Below, piece after piece: positions 11,185 to 21,281 of a stretch of 64,000 nucleotides of DNA. A model generated the notes under the pieces. It was not told the DNA's origin. It was given only the letters and a program-made list of their open reading frames with translations, and did not search any database. The translations under genes were made by a program, and so were the position numbers. Numbering within the stretch: position 1 is the first letter of the stretch; each line of letters begins with the position of its first letter. Source of the stretch: an uncultured Gemmatimonadales bacterium (GTDB lineage Bacteria; Gemmatimonadota; Gemmatimonadetes; Gemmatimonadales; GWC2-71-9); the NCBI GenBank assembly GCA_963739455.1, contig CAVUAK010000001.1, positions 1,664,001 to 1,728,000 of the forward strand. The letters run 5' to 3'.

Positions 11185-12749
11185 TGTGTCCGCCGGGTGA
11201 ATACCACGTAGTCGCCCGCTGAATCGACCGGCGACCACGATTGGGCCAGCACCCGGCCAAACTCCGGGAACAGGGCAGGGATGCTCTTGCGCGGGAAGGG
11301 CTCTACGCCCGCGAGGGCACCGCGCGTTACCGCGACAAACCGCGTCTGCGGATCATCCAGGCCAGCCAGGTACTCGGCGCGGATGCGTTGCTGCACCGGG
11401 CCCGGCTCGAGCGAGCCTGCCGCAGTCGAGGCTGGGTTCACCAGCGGGAAGAAGAAGCCGACACGTGTCGGGGCACGGCGCTGCGCGAGTGCGCCGGCGA
11501 GTGGACTGTCCCAGATGATCACGCGGTCCTCGGGCAAAGAGTGCGACGTCAGGTATTTCGCGAGCGCCATGTCATTCTGGACGATGGCCGTTTCATCCGG
11601 CAGGAACTGGCGCACGAATGTTTCCTGGTTCATCCTGCCGGTCGCGTAGTCGGCCGCGTCGCGCACGCGCACCTGCAGTGGCAGTACCAGGAGTGCAGTG
11701 AGCAGCGCGAGCAGTCCTCCCGCCAGCGCGCGGGCAGGCGCGAATGACACCCCATCCGGCCGGCGGAGTGCCACGCTGAAGCCGATGCCCGCGAGCGGCG
11801 CCACCGACCAGAACACCGGCTGCCAATGGTAAATGAAGAACCGCCTTTGCGCCGCCACCGCTACCCATGCTCCCGCAGCCCACGCTAGCAGCAGCAGGGA
11901 CGAGCGCCGGTCGGACTTCCACAGCCAGGCGACGCCCAGTACCGCGGCCGGCAGCGCCAGGCCGAGCGGTGTCACCTGCGCCCGTACCAGCGACCATGCG
12001 GCGGCGCGCCACACGCTGCCCGTCAGGTTCCGCGACAGCTCGAGATTGAGGCTCAGGTACCCCTCGATCAACTGGGGCAGGGCTCCCCGCGAATGGAACC
12101 ACGCGGCGGCAACCGCCGCTGGCACGAGGGTGACAATCGACAGCAGTGCGGCGACCAGCAGCCGCCAGGCGATCGGTCGTGCGCCGAGCATGATGGCCAG
12201 CGCTGGGAGCGGGAGCCAGATGGCAAAGGTTGGTTTCTGCAGGAGCCCGGCACCCAGCAGCAGGGCGGCAACTGCGGCGAGTCCCGGCCGGCGATGCAGG
12301 TCGGGTCGGAGCAGCGCCGCCATGGCGATCGCGGATATGGCGGCAATCCACGCGTCCGGCTGCGCGGTGTTGTAGAAGTCGGTGGAGTAGTGAGTCAGGA
12401 CGAGGAAGAAGGCCGTCAGCACGCCGGCATTGCCCGGCACGAAGCGCCGTACGATGGCTGCCACTGCGACGGCCCCGGCAGTGACGAAGGCGAGGTCCAG
12501 GAGACGCACCGGCCACATCACCGGGATCTCGCTGCGCTGCACCAGGGCATACGCGTAGTACGCGAACGGCCCCTTCGCATCCCAGGCGTCCCGGTACGGA
12601 AGGCCACCGTGCCGGATGATGTCGCCAACCCAGGTGAAGATCCCCGGGTCCCACGCAAAGGGCCACGTCAGTGACGCGAGACCCACGAGCAGGGTGAAGA
12701 GACCGAGAGCCCAGGTCGCGAGTTGCCCGAGGTTGGCCGGGCGAATCAC
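11181..12749 (-). CDS. Polytopic membrane glycosyltransferase, GT-C (ArnT/PMT, GT39-like)
   Basis: D.GIFTWVGD...GGLPYRDAWDAKGP loop, many TM helices, KP motif, RRFFIYHW. Confidence 0.75.
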   Translation of the reverse strand: MIRPANLGQLATWALGLFTLLVGLASLTWPFAWDPGIFTWVGDIIRHGGLPYRDAWDAKGPFAYYAYALVQRSEIPVMWPVRLLDLAFVTAGAVAVAAIVRRFVPGNAGVLTAFFLVLTHYSTDFYNTAQPDAWIAAISAIAMAALLRPDLHRRPGLAAVAALLLGAGLLQKPTFAIWLPLPALAIMLGARPIAWRLLVAALLSIVTLVPAAVAAAWFHSRGALPQLIEGYLSLNLELSRNLTGSVWRAAAWSLVRAQVTPLGLALPAAVLGVAWLWKSDRRSSLLLLAWAAGAWVAVAAQRRFFIYHWQPVFWSVAPLAGIGFSVALRRPDGVSFAPARALAGGLLALLTALLVLPLQVRVRDAADYATGRMNQETFVRQFLPDETAIVQNDMALAKYLTSHSLPEDRVIIWDSPLAGALAQRRAPTRVGFFFPLVNPASTAAGSLEPGPVQQRIRAEYLAGLDDPQTRFVAVTRGALAGVEPFPRKSIPALFPEFGRVLAQSWSPVDSAGDYVVFTRRTQ

Positions 12750-12801
12750 ACCAGTGCCGGTTCCCTGGTGCCCGCTTTCTCGATGCGCACGGCGCTCACT
12801 T

Positions 12802-13647
12802 TCAGGCGCCGGCGGCCTGGCGGTGTTCGGTGGGCGTGGGCTTTACCAGGACACAACCGGATGGGCGCGGCCCACGTCGCCGCCGGGGTGTTTCCTCCCG
12901 ATCCCAGCCGTCGTAAAACGTGAAGACCGCCTCGGGTACAAGGGCGGTCGAGGGGAGCAGCACGTGGAGTCCCCGCGCATTGGTCTGGGACTGCAGGGCA
13001 CGCAGGGCATCGAATCGGGTCGGGCTGTCGAGTTCGGCCAGCGCCGCCAGGTCCACCACCACCAGGTCAAACGGCTCGGTGCACGGCGGCAGCCAGTCGC
13101 CGAACTGCACCATCAGGGCGAAGAAGCGCGCGGCGAGGGACTCGGTGGCAAGCCGCTGCTCCAGCCGCTCGACGACGCCAAGGTCAGACGCCCAGAACAC
13201 CACGTCAACGTCATGCGCGGTGAGCAGGCAGGCGCACGCCTCGGCTCCCTTGCCTACTACGAGCGCGCGGTCGGTCGGCACCAGCCGCTGGAGCAGCGGT
13301 ACGACTGGGCACACTTCGTCGAGACCCCAGTGGGTTGGCTCCTTCTGCGCGGCGCGCAGCTTGAGCACATGCTCCCCGAACTTCTTTTGTGTCTTGAGCT
13401 TGAGTCGCTTGCGGATGAGCGCGTCCACCACTTCGCCAGTCAGCAGCTCAGTGAGCACGAGCTGGCTTTCATCCGAGTCGTAGAGGCCGGCGGTTGCCTC
13501 ACCAGCGAGACGCATGATTTCGTCGCGCGTCACCGAGTTCTTGAACGCCTCGATGCGCTGCATGACGTATTCGTGGTACAGCTGGGTCAGGGACGGAGGC
13601 GGACGACGGCGCCCGGCGGTTCGGAGGGCGTCGGCGGCCGTCAGCAT
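12802..13647 (-). CDS. Hypothetical protein; helical N-terminus plus degenerate class I methyltransferase-like C-terminus
   Basis: Operon position and protein-like composition; RALVVGKG...FDLVVVD...GLHVL pattern. Start uncertain. Confidence 0.6.
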   Translation of the reverse strand: MLTAADALRTAGRRRPPPSLTQLYHEYVMQRIEAFKNSVTRDEIMRLAGEATAGLYDSDESQLVLTELLTGEVVDALIRKRLKLKTQKKFGEHVLKLRAAQKEPTHWGLDEVCPVVPLLQRLVPTDRALVVGKGAEACACLLTAHDVDVVFWASDLGVVERLEQRLATESLAARFFALMVQFGDWLPPCTEPFDLVVVDLAALAELDSPTRFDALRALQSQTNARGLHVLLPSTALVPEAVFTFYDGWDREETPRRRRGPRPSGCVLVKPTPTEHRQAAGA

Positions 13648-13715
13648 GCGTTGCGGACGTTCGAAGGGGTATTTGCAGCCATCTCCTTGCAAATTCGGCA
13701 ATTAGCTCGGATCAG

Positions 13716-14888
13716 TCAAGCCAGTGCGCGAATCAGGGCTCCCTTTAGATATCCAGTCTCGGGCACGGCCAGGAGCTCCGGATGGTCGGCCCCCTGCCCG
13801 AGCACATGTTCCAATATGAGACTCCGACCAGAATCGGCTGCCGCGCCCGCCAGCATGTCCAGGAAGTCGGCCCGGCGCACATGGTGTGAACAGGAGGCGG
13901 TGAGCAGCACCCCTCCCGGCGCGAGGATCCGCATCGCTCGGCGGTTCACCTCGGCGTAGCCCTTGAGCGCCTGCGGCACCGACGATCGTGACTTTGCGAA
14001 AGCCGGTGGATCGAGTGCGATGGCGTCGAAGCGTTCCCGTCCGCGGTCGAAGCCGCGCAGGATGTCGAACGCATCGCCCTCGAGCCAGTCGATGTTGCCG
14101 AAGCCATTCAGCAATGCGTTCTGCTTTCCGCGCTCCAGTGCCTCGGCGCTGGCATCGAGCGCAACCACGGCACCACACCGCGCGGCGAGGTGCAGCGCAA
14201 ACGATCCATGGTACGCGAAGCAATCGAGTCCGCGTCCACCCGACTTTGCGAGGGCGCCGAGCAGCATGCGGTTCGGTCGCTGGTCGAGGAATGCGCCGGT
14301 CTTCTGTCCGGTCCATGGTGCAGCGAGGTAGTGCACCGCGCCCTCCCGCACGTCGATCGACTCCGGCACCGCGCCCATAACCAGCTCGACGCCGGCCGGC
14401 AGTCCTTCGCGCTGGCGGGTGGAGTTGTCGTGCCGCAGCAAGACACCTTCGGGCTCGAGCACCTCTCCAATGGCGGCGAGGATATCGCCGCGCATCGTCT
14501 CGAGGCCCGCCGACAGGAGCTGGGCCACGACCCAGCGGTCATAGCGGTCGATGATGAGCGAGGGGAGGCCGTCACCCTCGCCGTGAACCGTTCGATAGGC
14601 GGTGGCGTCGATGCCCTCGCGCCGCCCGAGACAGGACGCGAGCCGGTCTCTCCACCACGCGGCGTCGACGCTGCGCTCGGTTCGCTCCAGTAGCCGGAGC
14701 TGGATCTCTGATCGGGGAGAGAACAGCGCCTGGCCCACGAACTTGTCTCGCGGGTCGAACACGGAAACGAGACCGGCCGCCTCGGGAGCGGCCGTAACGT
14801 CGCTGCGATAGATCCAGGGATGCCCGCGCGTCCATCGTTCCGCACCACGCGCCGTAACCCGAGCCACTGGGGCCCGCTCACCGCTCAC
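13716..14888 (-). CDS. rlmI: Class I SAM-dependent rRNA methyltransferase (RlmI/YwbD-like)
   Basis: GHPWIYRSD PUA start, HGEGDGLPSLIIDRY, GQKTGAFLDQR, LDPPAF, SCSHH, PETGYLK. Confidence 0.88.
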   Translation of the reverse strand: MSGERAPVARVTARGAERWTRGHPWIYRSDVTAAPEAAGLVSVFDPRDKFVGQALFSPRSEIQLRLLERTERSVDAAWWRDRLASCLGRREGIDATAYRTVHGEGDGLPSLIIDRYDRWVVAQLLSAGLETMRGDILAAIGEVLEPEGVLLRHDNSTRQREGLPAGVELVMGAVPESIDVREGAVHYLAAPWTGQKTGAFLDQRPNRMLLGALAKSGGRGLDCFAYHGSFALHLAARCGAVVALDASAEALERGKQNALLNGFGNIDWLEGDAFDILRGFDRGRERFDAIALDPPAFAKSRSSVPQALKGYAEVNRRAMRILAPGGVLLTASCSHHVRRADFLDMLAGAAADSGRSLILEHVLGQGADHPELLAVPETGYLKGALIRALA

Positions 14889-14897
14889 CGCTTACCA

Positions 14898-14946
14898 CTC
14901 ACGCAGTTGCGGTTCCACCTCACGCAGTTGCAGTTCCTCCTCACGC
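14898..14946. repeat. 21-bp unit intergenic repeat, locus 2
   Basis: CTCACGCAGTTGCGGTTCCAC CTCACGCAGTTGCAGTTCCTC CTCACGC; supplies the aroH stop; preceded by CCGCT(C/T)A heptamers. Confidence 0.85.
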
Positions 14947-15327
14947 TTTTCCCGCGCGATCTGGACGCAGGGCAACTGCCTCGCGCAGGTAGATGTGCCG
15001 AATCTCCGACCTTGGCCTGGTCGTGTACGCGTGCACCAGTAGCCTGATACAGCGGGGCAGCGATCCCGGCACCGGGATCTCCGTCGAGTGCAGCAGGGCC
15101 ACGATGTTCCACCCGTAGTCCTCGGCTGCGCGCGCGGGGAACGCGGCGTCCAGGTCGCTCGTGACAGTGAAGATGCCGCTCACGATGTCGTCGGGCTGGA
15201 GCCCGTTGCTCTCGATGAGGTGCCGCAGCAGTTCATCGGTCGCCCCCAGGATCTGGGCGGCATCATTCGCGGCGACCGTGGTGGCCCCGCGAATCCCCTG
15301 CAGTCGGTAGTTTTCCCGGTCAGACAT
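14941..15327 (-). CDS. aroH: Chorismate mutase, AroH class
   Basis: GIRGATTV, FTVTSDLDAAFPARAA, EIPVPGSLPRCIRLL, HIYLREAVALRPD. Confidence 0.93.
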   Translation of the reverse strand: MSDRENYRLQGIRGATTVAANDAAQILGATDELLRHLIESNGLQPDDIVSGIFTVTSDLDAAFPARAAEDYGWNIVALLHSTEIPVPGSLPRCIRLLVHAYTTRPRSEIRHIYLREAVALRPDRAGKA

Positions 15328-15940
15328 GGCGACTAATCTAGCGCAGGCACTGCGCCTCATGCTGGTCACCGACGACACCGTCCTCCGGGGCCGCGATCTC
15401 GTCGCCGTCATCCAGGCGGCGGAGCAGGGGGGAATCACCTCGGTGCAGCTCCGACTCAAGCGGGCCACTGCGGCGGAACTGGCCCGACTGGGACGGGCAC
15501 TCCTGCAGGCGGTTGGCATACCCGTCATCATCAACGATCGAGTCGACGTCGCCATCGCCATCGGCGCACATGGCGTGCACCTCGGCCCCGACGACATGCC
15601 GGTGGCCATGGCACGCCGCATCGCGCCTCCCCGCTTCATCATCGGGGCGAGTGTCGGGCTCGAGAGCGAGGTGGGGAACGGTGCTGGCGCCGACTACTGG
15701 GGAATCGGGCCCTGGTCAGGAACGAGTACCAAGCGCGACGCCGGTGCCGCGCTCGGTGCAGCAGGGTTCGCCCACATCAGGGCCCATGCCGGCGCCCGTC
15801 CCTGCATGGCAATCGGCGGCATCCAGCCGGAGGATGCTGCTCCCGCCCTCGCCGCCGGCGCTGCTGGAGTTGCAGTTGTCTCAGGAATTCTCGGTGCGGA
15901 AGACATCGCCGCCGCCGCACGCCGCTACCGCGACTTGTAG
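15326..15940 (+). CDS. thiE: Thiamine-phosphate synthase
   Basis: VQLRLK, IINDRVDVA, GVHLGPDD, IIGAS, TSTK, AIGGI, GVAVVS. Start may be 15359. Confidence 0.93.
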   Translation: MATNLAQALRLMLVTDDTVLRGRDLVAVIQAAEQGGITSVQLRLKRATAAELARLGRALLQAVGIPVIINDRVDVAIAIGAHGVHLGPDDMPVAMARRIAPPRFIIGASVGLESEVGNGAGADYWGIGPWSGTSTKRDAGAALGAAGFAHIRAHAGARPCMAIGGIQPEDAAPALAAGAAGVAVVSGILGAEDIAAAARRYRDL

Positions 15941-15985
15941 CCACGACTCACGACTCCTGTCGACTGCCCACTGACGACTGACGAC
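15941..15985. repeat. GACT heptamer repeat, copy 2
   Basis: GACTCAC GACTCCT GTC GACTGCC CACTGAC GACTGAC GAC between convergent thiE and mltG. Confidence 0.7.
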
Positions 15986-16969
15986 CTAATTGTCCTCTGG
16001 CCCCCTGCTTCGGCGCACGCGGGCAATCGCCCTCAGGTGCTCCCCATACGTCCGCGTGAACACATGATGCCCATCACCGGCAGCCACGAAAAACAGGTAC
16101 GGCACCGGGGCAGGGTAGAGTGCCGCCTCAATGCTCGCCTTCCCCGGTGAATTGACCGGGCCCGGCGGCAGTCCTGTATTGAGGTAGGTGTTGTAGGGAG
16201 ACTTGAAGCCGTAGTCCTTGAGAAGCAGTCGCGACTTGCGTGATCCGGTTGCCATCTGGATGGCGTATTGCACCGTCGGGTCGGCCTGCAGCGGCATCCC
16301 CTTCTTGATCCTGTTCCAGTAGACAGCGGAGATGACCGGGCGCTCGCTGTTCACCTGGGCCTCGCCCTCGATGATCGACGCGAGTGCCAGCAGGTGCAGG
16401 CGCGTCATGCCAAGGGTGTCGAGCCGTGCCGTCCAGGCCGGATCCCACACTTCCAGGCCCTGCTGTGCCATGATCCGCACCAGGGCTCGCGCGTTCACTC
16501 CGGCGGGCACGAGGTAGGTCTCCGGCAGCAGCAGCCCCTCGAAGTTCATGGCTCCGACCACGAACGCCGAGGCGCTGGCCTGGTCACTCGCGGCGGCCAT
16601 GAACGAATCCACCGGGATTTCCAGCGCCTCGTTCGCAATCAACGCGATCTCCGGGAGGGTCAGCCCCTCGGGCACCGTAATGCGCAGCATCAACTGGTCG
16701 CCCCGCTTGAGCGCATCCATCACCGACCAGGCGGATGAACCACGCGGCAGCTGGTACACCCCGGCGCGCACCGATCGATCGAGTCCCCGCACCCGCGCGA
16801 GCAGCTTGAACCACTTGGGGTGCTCGATCACGCCATGTGCTGCGAGCGAATCAGTCACCACGGAAAACGAACTGCCGGACGGAACGGTCACTTGCTCCAC
16901 CGGCCCTGTGGCGGGGCCGACACACGCCGCAACGAGGATTGCGAGCACCATCCACGACTGACGACTCAC
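15986..16969 (-). CDS. mltG: Endolytic transglycosylase MltG
   Basis: ITVPEGLT, EGLLLPETY, LASIIEGE, LQADPTVQY, SPYNTY, GLPPGPVNSPG, YLFFVA. Confidence 0.95.
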   Translation of the reverse strand: MSRQSWMVLAILVAACVGPATGPVEQVTVPSGSSFSVVTDSLAAHGVIEHPKWFKLLARVRGLDRSVRAGVYQLPRGSSAWSVMDALKRGDQLMLRITVPEGLTLPEIALIANEALEIPVDSFMAAASDQASASAFVVGAMNFEGLLLPETYLVPAGVNARALVRIMAQQGLEVWDPAWTARLDTLGMTRLHLLALASIIEGEAQVNSERPVISAVYWNRIKKGMPLQADPTVQYAIQMATGSRKSRLLLKDYGFKSPYNTYLNTGLPPGPVNSPGKASIEAALYPAPVPYLFFVAAGDGHHVFTRTYGEHLRAIARVRRSRGPEDN

Positions 16970-16997
16970 TGTCGACTCACGACTGTCGACTCACGGC
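16953..16997. repeat. GACT heptamer repeat, copy 3
   Basis: GACTGAC GACTCAC TGTC GACTCAC GACTGTC GACTCAC across the ruvX/mltG junction. Confidence 0.75.
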
Positions 16998-17494
16998 TCG
17001 GCATTCGCGCGCCGATCTCCCCCACCTCTCCTCGAGTCCAGGAACCCCTGCAGCAGCACACTTGCCGCCAGTGCGTCCACGTCCGCCTTGCGTCCCCGTG
17101 TGCTCCCGCCCTGTTCCTGGATTGCCCGGAGGGCGCGCGCCGTGCTCATGCGCTCGTCCCAGTAGGTCACCGGCAGGTGCGCGCGCTTTCCCATGAGCGT
17201 GCCGAGCTCCCGGGCGAAGCCTGCCGACTCGCCTTCGTCGCCCTCGAGCGTCAGCGGCAGTCCCACCACGAGGCCGACGGGATGATGCGCCTCGACGTGC
17301 CCCAGCAGCACTGGCATCGGGAACCGCTTTCCGTCACGCCGAGTCACGGTAGCGAGCGGCGAGGCGATGAGCTGCAGCTCGTCGCTCATGGCGAGGCCAA
17401 TGCGGCGCTCGCCCCAGTCGAGGGCGAGGATGCGGCCCTGGCCCGGGAGGTGAGGGGTGAGGGGTGAGGGGTGAGGAGGAAGCGTGTCGGGCAT
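16991..17494 (-). CDS. ruvX: Holliday junction resolvase-like / pre-16S rRNA nuclease YqgF
   Basis: RILALDWGERRIGLAMSD, VVGLP, WDERMST, VDALAASVLLQGFLD. Start uncertain; the N-terminus contains a CCTCACC repeat. Confidence 0.93.
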   Translation of the reverse strand: MPDTLPPHPSPLTPHLPGQGRILALDWGERRIGLAMSDELQLIASPLATVTRRDGKRFPMPVLLGHVEAHHPVGLVVGLPLTLEGDEGESAGFARELGTLMGKRAHLPVTYWDERMSTARALRAIQEQGGSTRGRKADVDALAASVLLQGFLDSRRGGGDRRANAEP

Positions 17495-17554
17495 CCACAA
17501 AACCTAAGCGGGTACGACCCGTAGGCCGCACCCGCTGGGAACACCCCCTCACCC

Positions 17555-17590
17555 CTTACGCTGTTGCAGTTCCCCCTTACGCCGTTGCGG

Positions 17591-17592
<2 letters not shown>
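17555..17592. repeat. 21-bp unit intergenic repeat, locus 3
   Basis: CTTACGCTGTTGCAGTTCCCC CTTACGCCGTTGCGGTT immediately after the rho stop. Confidence 0.75.
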
Positions 17593-18838
<1,246 letters not shown>

Positions 18839-19008
18839 GGAGGGACTCCAAGCGGGTCGGAGCCGCCACAGGGCGCGGCGGTCAGCAACGGAGGGTTGGG
18901 GAAAGGCTCAGCAACGTGAAAGAATTAATGGCGGCAGGCGCAGAACGGCGTCACTCAGCCATCAAGGTTGTCTGGGGGAGCAAAGGTGTACGGGGCTTGA
19001 CAGGGGAT

Positions 19009-19038
19009 AACGTAAGGTGCGTCCTGTCATGTCGTCAA
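19009..19038 (-). promoter_or_regulatory. Putative sigma70 promoter of rho
   Basis: TTGACG (19038-19033), 18 nt, TACGTT (19014-19009); gives a ~165-nt C-rich leader. Confidence 0.5.
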
Positions 19039-19067
19039 GAGGGCGTGCCCCTGGCCCCTGGCACCGG

Positions 19068-20318
19068 GTGAACCGCCGAACCGCGTCCTTCGCCGCGGCC
19101 CTCATGGTCGTGGCCGTCCTCCTGCTCACCCTTTGGCCGCTTCCCGAACAGGCCTACCGGTCGTCACTCTCGCCCGTGACCTGCCTGGTTTGCGGCGACC
19201 AGGGCGTTCAGGATGTCTTCCAGAACATCATCATGCTGCTGCCGCTCGGCCTGGCCCTCGGCCTGGCTGGCGTGCGGCCCGGCAGGGCGGCGCTCGGTGC
19301 GTTCGGGCTCGCGGTGCTGGTGGAGTCGCTGCAGTACACTGTCGTCCCTGGCCGCGATGCGAGCCTGAGCGACGTGCTGACGAACACCGTTGGAGCGGCA
19401 CTCGGAGCGGCGATTGCACCGCATCTGCCGACGCTCCTGCGTCCGGGACGCCGTGCCGCGGCGGCCCTTGGCGTCATGGCAATAGTATGCTGGGCGTCAG
19501 CCTGGCTATTCGGTGCCTGGGCGTTGCAGGGAAATATTGGCGCGGGGCACTGGCGCGGGCGGTTCCCAGGAGACCTGCCTGACGCGCCTGCCCTGAACGG
19601 CGAGGCTCTGCGCGCGAGCATCAGTGACGCGCCCCTGGCACGGGTCCCGGCAACCCTGCCGCTCAGTGTCGAGCAGGGGTTCGCGCGCGACTCGTTCTCG
19701 CTGCATGTGGAGGCCAGGCCGGGCCCGCCAATCGCATGGCGTGAGAATGTCGTCACCATCATCGATTTCCGGGACAATGGTGGGGACGCCAACAACAGCC
19801 TTGTCATGACACTGAACCGCGTGCGAACTCGCGCGCTCCTGACCTTCCGGATCAACGCGGCGCGGGCGCGGCTCCGAACACCGAGCTTCAATCTCGGCCC
19901 GGCTTTCGATGTGCCGCCCGGCGGTGACGTGTCGCTTCAGGTGTCCAGGCAGCGGGGGACGCTGCACGCCGAAGCACAACGTGGCGGACAGTCGCTCGTC
20001 ACGGAGTATCGCATCGGACCCGAGCTCCTCTGGAGCGTCATGGCGCCCCGAACCCCGTGGCCGGGCCCGGTGTGGATGGTTGAGGCATTCCTCTGGGCGG
20101 CGGCACTGCTGGGAGTCGGCGGATACTGGGTCGGTCGCTCGCGGTCCGCAGGTATCCTCATCCTCGTGCTGGCCCTGTCGGTTTCGGTACAGCTCCTGAC
20201 GCCACGCTTCTTCGCCGTAGCGCCGCAGTCGCTCCTTGGCTGGATCATGCTTCTGGGCGGCTTTGTCATCGGCGTCTTCGTGGGCCGCCGAAACGCTGCC
20301 CCGGCTCCTGACTCTTAA
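19068..20318 (+). CDS. VanZ-family membrane protein with periplasmic beta domain
   Basis: LLLTLWP, DVFQNIIMLLPLG, VESLQYTVVPGRDASLSDVLTNTVGA. Start may be 19017, 19029 or 19068. Confidence 0.8.
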   Translation: MNRRTASFAAALMVVAVLLLTLWPLPEQAYRSSLSPVTCLVCGDQGVQDVFQNIIMLLPLGLALGLAGVRPGRAALGAFGLAVLVESLQYTVVPGRDASLSDVLTNTVGAALGAAIAPHLPTLLRPGRRAAAALGVMAIVCWASAWLFGAWALQGNIGAGHWRGRFPGDLPDAPALNGEALRASISDAPLARVPATLPLSVEQGFARDSFSLHVEARPGPPIAWRENVVTIIDFRDNGGDANNSLVMTLNRVRTRALLTFRINAARARLRTPSFNLGPAFDVPPGGDVSLQVSRQRGTLHAEAQRGGQSLVTEYRIGPELLWSVMAPRTPWPGPVWMVEAFLWAAALLGVGGYWVGRSRSAGILILVLALSVSVQLLTPRFFAVAPQSLLGWIMLLGGFVIGVFVGRRNAAPAPDS

Positions 20319-20337
20319 CTCTTAACTCTTAACTCTC
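20311..20337. repeat. ACTCTTA heptamer x3-4
   Basis: ACTCTTA ACTCTTA ACTCTTA ACTCTC; provides the VanZ stop. Confidence 0.8.
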
Positions 20338-20345
20338 GACTGCCC

Positions 20346-20690
20346 ATGCCCAGAGCGCTCCAGGCCGTCATCCTGCTCATCTTCTCAAACATCTTCATGA
20401 CCTTCGCCTGGTACGGCCATCTCCGTACGCTGGCCGACCGACCGTGGTACCTGGCCGCGGTTGTGAGCTGGGGTATCGCCCTCTTCGAGTACCTGCTGCA
20501 GGTGCCGGCGAACCGTATCGGATACACCGTGATGACGCTGCCCCAGCTCAAGGTGACCCAGGAGGTCATCACGCTGCTGGTGTTCGTCCCCTTCGCCATC
20601 GTCTACATGAAGCAGCGAATGCACTGGGATTTCGCCTGGGCGGGCCTCTGCCTCCTCGGCGCGGTGTACTTCGTCTTTCGCCCCAAGTGA
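20346..20690 (+). CDS. DMT family small membrane protein (DMT_6-like)
   Basis: SNIFMTFAWYGHL, SWGIALFEYLLQVPANRIG, QLKVTQEVITL. Confidence 0.9.
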   Translation: MPRALQAVILLIFSNIFMTFAWYGHLRTLADRPWYLAAVVSWGIALFEYLLQVPANRIGYTVMTLPQLKVTQEVITLLVFVPFAIVYMKQRMHWDFAWAGLCLLGAVYFVFRPK

Positions 20691-20709
20691 CGCCGAATGG
20701 CGCGAACGC

Positions 20710-20743
20710 AAAAAGGGCCGCATCCGTGAGGATGCGGCCCTTT
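20710..20743. terminator. Bidirectional intrinsic terminator
   Basis: AAAGGGCCGCATCC-gtga-GGATGCGGCCCTTT perfect 14-bp stem between convergent genes. Confidence 0.9.
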
Positions 20744-20760
20744 CGACGTTCCCTGAAGAA

Positions 20761-20970
20761 CTACTTCTTCCGGGCGACGTTCTCGGCGGCGGGACCCTTG
20801 GCCCCCTGCACGATGTCGAACTCAACGACCTCGCCCTCGCTCAGCGTCTTGAAGCCCGAGCCCTGGATCGCCGAGTGGTGCACGAAGCAGTCCTTCTCGC
20901 CGCTGTCAGGAGTAATGAAACCGAAGCCCTTGGCGTCGTTGAACCACTTCACCTTGCCGGTGGTACGCAT
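20761..20970 (-). CDS. Cold-shock protein (CspA family)
   Basis: [19 protein letters not shown]...[16 protein letters not shown]...KGPAAENV. Confidence 0.97.
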   Translation of the reverse strand: MRTTGKVKWFNDAKGFGFITPDSGEKDCFVHHSAIQGSGFKTLSEGEVVEFDIVQGAKGPAAENVARKK

Positions 20971-21281
20971 GTGAAACCCTTTCAAAATGACTTGTGCTGT
21001 CGGGTGTCCGGACATGCCGTACCCACCGACTGCTGGCGGAAACAACCCTCCGCCGTGGGTGCGGTCACTCGACCGCGATGGCTAGACACAATGAGAGGAC
21101 CTAGGATGGTCCCAGGTCCTCTTGGAAGAATCTGGCCATAACTGCTCGCGCACCAGCGCGAACCGCAACAATGTACCGTACCCGGCCCCGGTTTGCAATC
21201 GGCCCCTATTCCGGGACGCCTTGGAGTCGAATTCGCCATCTTTGGGGCCCCGCCTGCAGGGCCTCCCCGACCTGGAGAATC

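Noticed and set aside
21182..21198. Sigma54 promoter CCGGCCCCGGTTTGCA before the fusion gene
   Set aside because: GG-GC spacing is 9 nt, not the required 10.
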